This document shows, piece after piece, positions 17,706-25,112 of a DNA stretch of 54,938 bases. The stretch's first letter is position 1. Each line of letters starts with the position of its first letter. The stretch lies in assembly GCA_039188945.1 (NCBI GenBank), contig JBCCYW010000005.1, positions 1-54,938 on the forward strand, written 5' to 3'. A program made the translations under genes and the position numbers. The notes under the pieces were generated by a model. That model was given only the letters and a program-made list of their open reading frames with translations, made no database searches and was not told where the DNA came from. This DNA is from Patescibacteria group bacterium. Lineage in GTDB: Bacteria > Patescibacteriota > Minisyncoccia > Phycocordibacterales > UBA918.

Positions 17706-17891
17706 TTAAAAACTCACGATTAGATCAATAAACTGTGTGAATACATAGTCAAACGCACCCAAAAAGATAGCTGCCAAAATCGAAATACCGATCACGATCG
17801 CAGTATACGCGAGAGCAGTAGCACGACTTGGCCACGATACCTGCTTCATTTCAGCGGCGGTAGCGCGAAGATAATTTCCCAATTGACTCAT
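17706..17891 (-). CDS. secE: preprotein translocase subunit SecE
   Basis: 61 aa with MKQVSWPSR followed by a single TM helix. Sits in the canonical position just upstream of nusG. Confidence 0.85.
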   Translation of the reverse strand: MSQLGNYLRATAAEMKQVSWPSRATALAYTAIVIGISILAAIFLGAFDYVFTQFIDLIVSF

Positions 17892-17961
17892 AAAATAGAA
17901 GGTAACATTAGCATTTTTAAAAGCCCTCTCGGGCTTTCTTGCGCACTATAGTACGCTTATC

Positions 17962-18002
17962 ATAGAAAAAAGCAAGGGCAAGTCCAAAAGACTTGCCCTT
18001 GC
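17962..18002 (-). terminator. intrinsic terminator after the SIMPL gene
   Basis: 13-bp stem GCAAGGGCAAGTC/GACTTGCCCTTGC with TTTTTTCTAT following on the minus strand. Confidence 0.7.
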
Positions 18003-18016
18003 TTTTAACCAACTAA

Positions 18017-18808
18017 TTAGCGAATTTCGTAGGTCAGACTTACATTACTCACCGTACTATTCTCCCCGGTCGGTAAGCTTGGCGCAGTAGTCACCCCAAA
18101 CGCTTCGTCTACTGCCATTTCGGCTCGCAAACTAAACATATCTGCCTGGCTTCCATCATTCTCCCAATAACCAACAATCCGCACCAAGCGAACACCCAGG
18201 TCATCAGCCAAGCGCTTGGCTTTCAGTTTCGCATCAGCAATTGCAGCTTCTCTGGCTTCAGACTTGAGAGCATCCTCATCGTCAATTGTGAAGCGCAAGC
18301 TCGAGATATTAGTAGCCCCTAGCTCACCCACACCCGAAATCAGAGCTCCTGCTTCGTCGGTGGTGCGCACCTTTACCCGTACTGTTTGCGAGACTTCAAA
18401 GCCATCCTGCACCCGGTCTCCTGGGGGACAAAAGCTTCCGGCTGGGCATACTCGCTCTTCGAAGCGATAACGCGGGAAGAGATTGTAGTTCTGAGTTTTG
18501 ATATCTCGTTCTTCCACTCCGTTCTCACTCAAGTATTCAATAATGGCATTAATCGTTGTAGCCGAAGCTTCTTGCGCTTCGGTCGCATCATCTCCCTCAG
18601 CCGCGACCGTAAATGAAAATTCGCCAATGTCCGGTACCGCAAGTACTTCCCCTTCTCCTGAGACAGTAATCGTGGCCGGACCCATCTCGCTTGATTGAGA
18701 CCGCTCAAGGGTGAGATGTGAGTAGGAAGCTAGAGCAATAGCCGTGAGCGATAAGATGAGTGTCCCTAGTACTCGATTGTGGGTAAATTGAAAAAATGAT
18801 TTTTCCAT
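18017..18808 (-). CDS. SIMPL-domain (DUF541) secreted/anchored protein
   Basis: N-terminal TM/signal, then ITVSGEGEVLAVPDIGEFSFTV...AQEASATTINAIIEYL...VSQTVRVKV...AIADAKLKAKRLADDLGV. This is the typical SIMPL layout. Confidence 0.8.
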   Translation of the reverse strand: MEKSFFQFTHNRVLGTLILSLTAIALASYSHLTLERSQSSEMGPATITVSGEGEVLAVPDIGEFSFTVAAEGDDATEAQEASATTINAIIEYLSENGVEERDIKTQNYNLFPRYRFEERVCPAGSFCPPGDRVQDGFEVSQTVRVKVRTTDEAGALISGVGELGATNISSLRFTIDDEDALKSEAREAAIADAKLKAKRLADDLGVRLVRIVGYWENDGSQADMFSLRAEMAVDEAFGVTTAPSLPTGENSTVSNVSLTYEIR

Positions 18809-18817
18809 ACTTAGTAA

Positions 18818-19744
18818 TTAGGTTCGATTAAAAAGTCGTTCGATAAAGCTCTGACCATCGCCACAGGTCGTTACAAAAGCGTCGAGGTCAGTTGGACTCA
18901 ATTGCGGCTGCTGTGGCTGATCTCCCATCAAATAGTACATGATTGATTTTCTCCCCTCAACATGGTCAAGACCCAACGCGTGTCCCAGCTCATGAGCCAG
19001 CACCAGCTGTAGCTCGCGTTGGTTACTAAACTTATAGATATTAATAGTATCACCAAGATAATCGCCTTGGGTAAATTCGGTTGATTCGCCAAACGTTTGG
19101 TTGTACGTTGCGACGTCTTCGTTATAACTCTCAATAATTTCATTGCCCTGCTCACCCAGGGCGTTAATTTCTTCAGCCAGATTATTGAGGCGACGCGCCT
19201 CGGCGTTAAGTTCTCCAGCTGTACGGTCTAGGTTGCGGGCCTGTTGCTGCAGCTCGTCAAACACCTCTGGCGGCGCGCCGCCCTCTTCGTTATATTGCTC
19301 AACCGTTGCGTTGTAGCTCGCTAGGTCTACTTCGTACGCTCTGACTTGCGCTTCGTATGTTTGGCTTTCAATTCCATGTCGAGCCGCTAGTTCGGCAAAG
19401 GTTTCGTTAATAGTTTCCGTTCTGGTCTCTTTCTCATCAAGTTCTTCGCGAAAATCTTCTTCTGCGTCAGCAAATGCCTGCCGGTCATCAAATACAAAAT
19501 TAATCACCAAATCGTTAGCGTCTTCTTTATACCGAAACAAATTTCGACCAGTAGTGTCTTCCCAAATAGCTTCAGCGTCTAGAATCGCCAAGCGCGCTTC
19601 ATCGAAGGAGAGATTGAATCGCTCATCAAGCTCACCAATGCGATACCCAACCGGAATTTGACACACTGCCAAAACACTGTAGTAGAGATAGCCCGAACCA
19701 AACAAAATAGCGACAATTAAAAGAATGGAAAAGCTGCTACGCAT
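18818..19744 (-). CDS. membrane-anchored matrixin-like zinc metalloprotease (M10-type HExxHxxGxxH)
   Basis: LAHELGHALGLDHVEGRKSIMYY, preceded by an N-terminal TM helix and a coiled-coil-like acidic middle region. Confidence 0.8.
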   Translation of the reverse strand: MRSSFSILLIVAILFGSGYLYYSVLAVCQIPVGYRIGELDERFNLSFDEARLAILDAEAIWEDTTGRNLFRYKEDANDLVINFVFDDRQAFADAEEDFREELDEKETRTETINETFAELAARHGIESQTYEAQVRAYEVDLASYNATVEQYNEEGGAPPEVFDELQQQARNLDRTAGELNAEARRLNNLAEEINALGEQGNEIIESYNEDVATYNQTFGESTEFTQGDYLGDTINIYKFSNQRELQLVLAHELGHALGLDHVEGRKSIMYYLMGDQPQQPQLSPTDLDAFVTTCGDGQSFIERLFNRT

Positions 19745-19796
19745 AATCAGTTAATGATACCAAATACACTTTTAGTACACGAACCGACCAGAAATA

Positions 19797-19824
19797 TTGC
19801 ATAAACAGTTGTACTGGCTATAGT
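19797..19824 (+). promoter_or_regulatory. candidate promoter for ORF 19851..20456
   Basis: TTGCAT, a 16-nt spacer, then TATAGT. A GGGAG SD follows before the ATG. Confidence 0.35.
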
Positions 19825-19850
19825 GTAGAAAGAAGTTACTTGGGAGATAC

Positions 19851-20456
19851 ATGATGACTCAACGCTACGTCATCCCAGAAGTACCAACTTGTCCTATCTG
19901 CAGCAGCTTAGGTGTCTATCTAAAAAAGTACGATGCATATGATCCAAAGCGGACTGCCTGGTTACCTCAAATAAATAACACCCTTCCCCAGGGATTTGTT
20001 TGTGAAAATCACCATCAATTCCCTGAACCCAAATGGGTACCAGATCCAGTCATATCTGCCCAATTAGCCGCTTTAAACGACCGGTTTCTGCAAGCTAAGA
20101 CATTGCCTTGCTTAGGAGTAGTCGGTAGTGCCGATCTTGGTTATTTGGTTCCTAGTAAAGAGTTGTTGGATCGTGGTGAGAATTTTCTTAGACGAGTGTA
20201 TGCAGCGTTAGCTACAGCAACCTTCTTTGATAAACCACCCGATCATTCTCAAGGCATGGTGTGTGTCGATCAAGATGTTATTCAGTTTACAATCGCCTAT
20301 CGGTTGCGATCTGATCAAGATCAAGGTTCACTATATCCATTCGATTTAGATCGAACACTACGAGTAACCCACCTTGATTTCCACCTGAGTTCGGATACAT
20401 CAATGAGAAAGTTACCCAGGCGGACTACAATTGTTTATTCGCACTGGCCACCTTAA
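19851..20456 (+). CDS. hypothetical protein (201 aa) with N-terminal Cys/His cluster
   Basis: ATG with GGGAG SD. CPICSS...CENHH suggests a zinc ribbon. No family recognised. Confidence 0.6.
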   Translation: MMTQRYVIPEVPTCPICSSLGVYLKKYDAYDPKRTAWLPQINNTLPQGFVCENHHQFPEPKWVPDPVISAQLAALNDRFLQAKTLPCLGVVGSADLGYLVPSKELLDRGENFLRRVYAALATATFFDKPPDHSQGMVCVDQDVIQFTIAYRLRSDQDQGSLYPFDLDRTLRVTHLDFHLSSDTSMRKLPRRTTIVYSHWPP

Positions 20457-20468
20457 CACTCATTAGTA

Positions 20469-20493
20469 ACGGCCGCGATGCAATCGCGGCCGT
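20469..20493. terminator. 11-bp GC-rich hairpin between convergent genes
   Basis: ACGGCCGCGAT-GCA-ATCGCGGCCGT followed on the plus strand by TTCACTTTGTT. No U-tract on the minus strand. Confidence 0.55.
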
Positions 20494-20505
20494 TTCACTT
20501 TGTTG

Positions 20506-22191
20506 CTACTTTCCTTCCGTTAGCTTTCGTCGAGTCAGTTCCTGCGCTGCGTTCATACTGTGTTGGTAGTAGAGTGCTTTTACCCCACTCTTCCAGGCTT
20601 GCATGTAGAGGGCATTGATATCTTTCGGTGGAGTGGATGGTGGCACCATAACATTAAGTGACTGTCCTTGGTCGATGTACTCCTGGCGCTTCGCGGCCTG
20701 ATCAATCACCACTGATTGGTCAATCTCAGCGAAGGTCCGGAACACTTCCTTCTCATCGTCATTCAAGCAGTCGAGATGCTGTACCGAACCATCATTATCG
20801 CGAATACTGTTCCAGGTTTCTTTATCGTTCTTCCCCTTCTCTTCCAAGAGCGTCTCAAGGAATGGGTTCTTGATCGTCACCTTCATCTTGGCGACGTCTT
20901 TCACATAGCAGTTACTCCACACTGGTTCGATACTCTGTGAGACCTGACCAAGGATAAAGGCTGAAGACGTAGTCGGCGCAATCGCCAGCTTGGTGGTGTT
21001 GCGGCGTCCATAACCCTTGAGGACTTCGGGTTCACCGTATTCCTTACCCATTTCTTCTGAAGCTTTATCTGACTTTTCTTTAATCAGCTTAAAAGCTTCT
21101 TCGTTGAGCTTAGCGGCGGCCTCGCTTTCAAAAGCAATCATTTTGCTCTGAAGGAGTGAGTGGTAACCAAGTACACCGAGGCCCAAGGCGCGATTTTCTT
21201 TCGCAAAGTTGTACGCTCGCTCCATAAAGGTGAAAGCAAGATTATCTTCTGGATCTTTTGCATCGCGAAGTGCTTCAAGCTTCACGACAAACTCCTCCAT
21301 CACCGCATCGAGGAAGTAGGTCATGGTCTCTACCAAGTCGGTATCCTTCCACGCGTCATAATGCAGCATGTTGATAGAGGAGAGACAACACACAAATGAC
21401 CAGCGATCATTGCTCGGCAGCATAATTTCGCTACAGAGGTTTGACGCCAAAATCTTATGATCTTTGTCTTTGTAGACATCAACCGTATTCTCGTTGGCGT
21501 TGTCGGTAAAGAGAATGTACGGATAGCCAATTTCACCACGACGTTGAATCACCCGGGCCCACGTCTTTCGTTTTTTCTCATCACCCCCTTCCATTTCCTT
21601 GAGCCACTCGCTTCCCACAGTCACACCGTGGGTCATGGTTTGAATAGGGTTACCTTCCGTACCAATGTCGAGAAACTCCATCGCATCATCATGTTCAAGT
21701 GGTAAGTACGGGCTAAAACTTCCGCGCCGTACCTTACCCTGACTCACCACATCAACCATCTTTTCAAACAACTGCATGAAGTGTACTGGACCGTTAGAAA
21801 AGCCGTTGTCGCCAATTGCTGCTCCACGAGCACGCAGATCACCAAAGTAGCCTGAAGTGCCTCCACCATACTTACTCATCATGCCGGCTTCGCCATGGGT
21901 GAGAAGAATCCCCGCCATATCATCTGGCAAATACGAACCAAAACAACTGATCGGCAAACCGCGATTTACACCGAAGTTGGCCCACACGGGAGACGAGAGC
22001 GAAATCCAGCCCTTGCTCATGTAGTCGTAAAATTTGTCAGCGAAGCCCGGTTTATTTAAAACTTTCTCGGCGTGATCGGCGATAAAGCGGATCCGTTCTT
22101 CAGCTGTCTGCCCTTCCCCGAGGTAGCCTCGAGCAAGGAAGGTCCGGCTATTTTCATTAAGCCAGTACCATGGTTCATGGCGATTGGTCAT
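20506..22191 (-). CDS. nrdA: class I ribonucleotide reductase large subunit, short form without ATP-cone
   Basis: 561 aa with LSSPVWANFG, SNLCSEI (active-site Cys/Glu block), AIAPTTSSAFILG and a C-terminal ALYYQHS tyrosine pair. The N-terminus starts directly in the catalytic core. Confidence 0.9.
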   Translation of the reverse strand: MTNRHEPWYWLNENSRTFLARGYLGEGQTAEERIRFIADHAEKVLNKPGFADKFYDYMSKGWISLSSPVWANFGVNRGLPISCFGSYLPDDMAGILLTHGEAGMMSKYGGGTSGYFGDLRARGAAIGDNGFSNGPVHFMQLFEKMVDVVSQGKVRRGSFSPYLPLEHDDAMEFLDIGTEGNPIQTMTHGVTVGSEWLKEMEGGDEKKRKTWARVIQRRGEIGYPYILFTDNANENTVDVYKDKDHKILASNLCSEIMLPSNDRWSFVCCLSSINMLHYDAWKDTDLVETMTYFLDAVMEEFVVKLEALRDAKDPEDNLAFTFMERAYNFAKENRALGLGVLGYHSLLQSKMIAFESEAAAKLNEEAFKLIKEKSDKASEEMGKEYGEPEVLKGYGRRNTTKLAIAPTTSSAFILGQVSQSIEPVWSNCYVKDVAKMKVTIKNPFLETLLEEKGKNDKETWNSIRDNDGSVQHLDCLNDDEKEVFRTFAEIDQSVVIDQAAKRQEYIDQGQSLNVMVPPSTPPKDINALYMQAWKSGVKALYYQHSMNAAQELTRRKLTEGK

Positions 22192-22227
22192 ACAGATAGT
22201 TTAGGGTGAATAAGGAAAGAACTGGGC

Positions 22228-23541
22228 TTAGAACAGGTCGTTACTGGTGACACTAGTCTGGCGCTTATTGTAATTGATCGAGCGCTTATCAAAGAAGTCG
22301 ACGTGCTTGGTAGCAATTACTTCATTGTCAAACCAGTCAGTCTTCTCGAGCAACGCTTCGTCAATTGAGAACACGGCGTCCATACCAATACCTTTGAGTG
22401 AGTTGTTGAGGCGATTCTTGATGAATTCTTTCACCTCATTCTTCGGCATAAAGTCGAGTTCACCATCTTCGAAAATCCAGTCTACGATTGCGCTCTCTGC
22501 CTGGTAGGCTTCAATACACATCGTCTTGACCATTTCGCGGTGGCTATCATCAAACCATTCTGGATGCTCCTTCTTAATGATGTTGATGAGATCGGTACCA
22601 AACATGCCATGGATCTGCTCTTCTTTAGACGTAGCTTCTACTGCGTTACTGATACCCTTGAACAAGTTTCGATGCTTGTTGAAGCTCATCATGATGAGGA
22701 ACTGTGAGAAGAGCGAGACGTGCTCAATGAATAATGAGAAGAGGAGTACCGCTTGGGTATACTGACGATTCTCGTTAGTCTTAGAGAGATTAATAACCTT
22801 ATCAAGATATTTCACACGATCCTGGATCACTTGCACATCTTGCAAGTTCTTGAATTCATCATTAAGACCAAGAATCTCCAAGAGGTGCGAGTAGGCGTCC
22901 ATGTGGCGAACTTCACTGTCAGCGAAGGTGAATCCAACAGCACCAATTTCTGGCTTTGGCATCTTACTGTAGAGGTTGCCCCAGAAGGTCTTCACTGCTA
23001 CTTCAATTTGAGCGATCGCCAGCATCGTCTTTTTAATTGATTCCCGCTCAGCATCGGTAACATTAACTTTGTAGTCGTTGGTATCACTAGTGTAGCTAAA
23101 CTCGGTGTGAATCCAGTATGAGTGACGAACTGCATCTACATATGAAGCAAGCTCTGGATATTCGTATGGCTTCAACTCAACTCGCTTGGTGAAAAGGTCA
23201 CGTTCGCGCAAACGCTTTCGTTCGGCACGATAGATGATGTAGGCTTTCGCGGTCTCGAAGTAATCGAGCTCCATAAGCGCAGCTTCTACCAAGTCTTGAA
23301 TTTCTTCAACAGCTGGATACCCATCAACACACTTATTAGCGAGCGGACTGTCGGTTTCGGCAGCCGCCGCTTGGACACACATGGACACAATTTTTTCCTT
23401 GACGAGCGCAGCTACTTTCTCAGCCTCAGGCTGAGCGCCTTCTCCGGTTTCTTTAAAAGCCTTCATCACCGCATTGGTGATTTTGTTGATCTCAAAGGCT
23501 TTGGTAGTTCCATCTCGTTTTTTGATTTGTTTGATTTCCAT
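22228..23541 (-). CDS. nrdB: class I ribonucleotide reductase small (radical-generating) subunit with N-terminal ATP-cone
   Basis: Ferritin-like blocks IAQIEVAVKTFW, ADSEVRHMDAYSHLLE (ExxH plus Tyr), LFSLFIEHVSLFSQF and SKEEQIHGMFG follow an ATP-cone. Confidence 0.9.
   Translation of the reverse strand: MEIKQIKKRDGTTKAFEINKITNAVMKAFKETGEGAQPEAEKVAALVKEKIVSMCVQAAAAETDSPLANKCVDGYPAVEEIQDLVEAALMELDYFETAKAYIIYRAERKRLRERDLFTKRVELKPYEYPELASYVDAVRHSYWIHTEFSYTSDTNDYKVNVTDAERESIKKTMLAIAQIEVAVKTFWGNLYSKMPKPEIGAVGFTFADSEVRHMDAYSHLLEILGLNDEFKNLQDVQVIQDRVKYLDKVINLSKTNENRQYTQAVLLFSLFIEHVSLFSQFLIMMSFNKHRNLFKGISNAVEATSKEEQIHGMFGTDLINIIKKEHPEWFDDSHREMVKTMCIEAYQAESAIVDWIFEDGELDFMPKNEVKEFIKNRLNNSLKGIGMDAVFSIDEALLEKTDWFDNEVIATKHVDFFDKRSINYNKRQTSVTSNDLF
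23227..23541 (-). other. ATP-cone domain of NrdB (aa ~1-105)
   Basis: IKKRDGTTKAFEINKITNAVMKA ... VEEIQDLVEAALMELDYFETAKAYIIYRAERKRL. Confidence 0.8.
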
Positions 23542-23580
23542 GTGATATTCAATCAGTACTTACAATAATTAGTAGGTGTA

Positions 23581-23880
23581 CAGCTAGGCTGCGAGCGGTG
23601 CTGGGCGGAGACTATGTGGGTCGCGACCACGGTAGTCTCCGCCCAACATCGCTGTTTTGGCGGCAAGCTACGCTGTACGTTTTGATTACTCCACGTCAGA
23701 AGTATCAGCTCGATTCACTGGTACCCGGCGAACGGGCACCATATCGGCTTCGATTTCCTCTCGCTGCAGTGGTGACGGCGCGAGTGGTGCGGGGAGGTTT
23801 GTGGCGACTTCCTTTGATAATTCTTCACGTGACATATAGCAGTGAATTAAAAGCTCATAAGTTTCTCCTGGTGTCGCGTC
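23581..23880 (-). promoter_or_regulatory. GC-rich, highly structured block in the nrdB leader; candidate cis-regulatory RNA or small ncRNA (family unknown)
   Basis: Noticeably GC-richer than its flanks. Perfect 12-bp inverted repeat GGGCGGAGACTA/TAGTCTCCGCCC (23603-23614 and 23633-23644) enclosing the GTCGCGAC palindrome. Further stems CCCGGCGAACGGG and CCTGG..CCAGG. The overlapping ORFs look non-coding. Confidence 0.3.
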
Positions 23881-24293
23881 AGTCCAGGTAGAAAACAAGT
23901 TTCGGATGAATCTCTCACAAAAATAATTGGTGGTGAAAGTGTATGACGCGGTCGGCTACCCGCTACATTTCAACTATGTTTATGAATGATTCAGTTCAAC
24001 AGAGTACAATGTACACGCCCATGCGTTCATAACATGGCTTTTCTACAAGCGTGTGTTCCCTCCGACACACACGGGTGGAGTAACTCGTGTGTTACATAGA
24101 TACTAAATAGAACTCGCGATTGTGGCAAACAGGCTTAAAACAAGGCCCGTTTACGTGTTTGGGGATAAAAACAACAACTGCTATTGAAAAATAAGGCTCG
24201 TTCTTCTGGAGAGATAAAATGAAGTATTGGTAGTGATGTGTGGATAACAATCCAGAAATCTCTTGCGCAAGATAGTGTTTTTGTTGTGTAAGT

Positions 24294-24333
24294 AAAAAAC
24301 CGCCCGACCCCTCGCGGGGTCGGGCGGTTTTTT
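24294..24333. terminator. strong bidirectional intrinsic terminator (serves mscL on minus strand)
   Basis: AAAAAA-CCGCCCGACCCC-TCGC-GGGGTCGGGCGG-TTTTTT. Perfect 12-bp stem. Confidence 0.85.
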
Positions 24334-24337
24334 AGGC

Positions 24338-24718
24338 TTAACGACGTAATCCGTCGCGAATTTCACGAAGCAACTTCACCTCCTCAGATGGTTCAGCTGG
24401 CGCTTCAGGAGTCGGCTCTTCTTCTTGTTTCATATTGTTCATCGCTTTAATGATCAAGAAGATCACAAAGGCAATGATAACGAAATCAACCACCGACTGA
24501 ATGAACGAACCATACGCAAAGTTGGCCCCACCAACACCGACGCTCAAGCTCGAGAAACTAATGCCACCAAGGAAAATGCCGACGAGTGGCATGATGATGT
24601 TATCAACGAGAGACGAGACGATCTTGCCAAACGCAGCACCAATCACGACGGCGATGGCTAAATCCATCACATTACCCTTCATGGCAAAGGCTTTAAACTC
24701 TTGGAGAAAACTGTTCAT
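24338..24718 (-). CDS. mscL: large-conductance mechanosensitive channel
   Basis: [47 protein letters not shown]... Start set at the ATG at 24718, because the 51-codon upstream extension in the track is not MscL-like. Confidence 0.9.
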   Translation of the reverse strand: MNSFLQEFKAFAMKGNVMDLAIAVVIGAAFGKIVSSLVDNIIMPLVGIFLGGISFSSLSVGVGGANFAYGSFIQSVVDFVIIAFVIFLIIKAMNNMKQEEEPTPEAPAEPSEEVKLLREIRDGLRR

Positions 24719-24830
24719 AATATGTAATACGTTACGCAAATAAAGTAGCCGCATTATAGCGGCTTGAGAGCATGAAAGATGAGCGTGCGACGGGTATTGC
24801 GGTTCGTCAACGTCCCTAAAGCAGCATGAT

Positions 24831-24920
24831 TTAAAAAATAAATCGAGCAGCGTAAAAACCGATGCCGGCACCGATCAAGAACGTGAAAAATAATGTGATG
24901 ATCAAACTATCTGAATCCAT
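24831..24920 (-). CDS. candidate 29-aa hydrophobic peptide upstream of mscL
   Basis: My translation: [29 protein letters not shown]. Single TM-like segment. No SD and no homology recognised. Confidence 0.2.
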   Translation of the reverse strand: MDSDSLIITLFFTFLIGAGIGFYAARFIF

Positions 24921-24948
24921 GTACAAAGAAGTATAACAAAGCGCGATC

Positions 24949-24977
24949 TCGACTTTTCCCTAAAAACTAGGTATAGT
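24949..24977 (+). promoter_or_regulatory. candidate promoter for tRNA-His
   Basis: TCGACT, a 17-nt spacer, then TATAGT. It lies about 60 nt upstream of the tRNA. Confidence 0.4.
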
Positions 24978-25039
24978 TCTGGCCACCACGGTGGGATTTT
25001 GCCGGCTGCGCCGTCAGCAAAATCCCGCCTCAGTTACAT

Positions 25040-25112
25040 GGCGACTATGGTGTAACGGTTAGCGCTCCGGTTTGTGGTACCGGCTGTCCGGGTTCGATTC
25101 CCGGTAGTCGCC
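25040..25112 (+). tRNA. tRNA-His (anticodon GTG) with genome-encoded G-1
   Basis: Folded by hand. Acceptor GCGACTA/TAGTCGC, with G-1 opposite C73. D-arm GTGT-AACGGTTA-GCGC. Anticodon arm CCGGT-TTGTGGT-ACCGG. T-arm CCGGG-TTCGATT-CCCGG. CCA is not encoded. Confidence 0.9.

Noticed and set aside
17921-17936. Small hairpin AAGCCC-TCTC-GGGCTT upstream of secE as a second terminator or attenuator
   Set aside because: The stem is only 6 bp. It is followed by TTTTAAAAAT on the minus strand but sits inside the presumed secE leader. Function cannot be assigned from sequence.
23581-23880. Cobalamin riboswitch, SRP RNA, RNase P RNA, tmRNA or 6S RNA assignment
   Set aside because: Only weak local similarity to cobalamin elements, with no recognisable B12 box. 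No GGAAGCAGCC-type SRP motif, no GGAAAGTCCGGGC or ACAGAACCCGGCTTA RNase P motifs, and no tRNA-like tmRNA ends. A covariance-model search is needed.
23598-23898. Three overlapping ORFs (97, 60 and 70 aa) in the GC-rich nrdB leader
   Set aside because: They are mutually overlapping in different frames, have no SD (one has a TTG start), and are Arg/Pro/Leu-rich as expected from GC-rich non-coding sequence. The region is treated as a candidate RNA element. The ATG-initiated 49-aa sub-ORF (23686-23835) remains a low-probability alternative.
24181-24366. 61-aa minus-strand ORF
   Set aside because: It spans the perfect 12-bp mscL terminator, and its sequence is dominated by the terminator A and T runs.
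24719-24871. 51-codon extension upstream of mscL
   Set aside because: The extension ([20 protein letters not shown]...) has no resemblance to MscL, whereas [11 protein letters not shown] is the standard MscL N-terminus.
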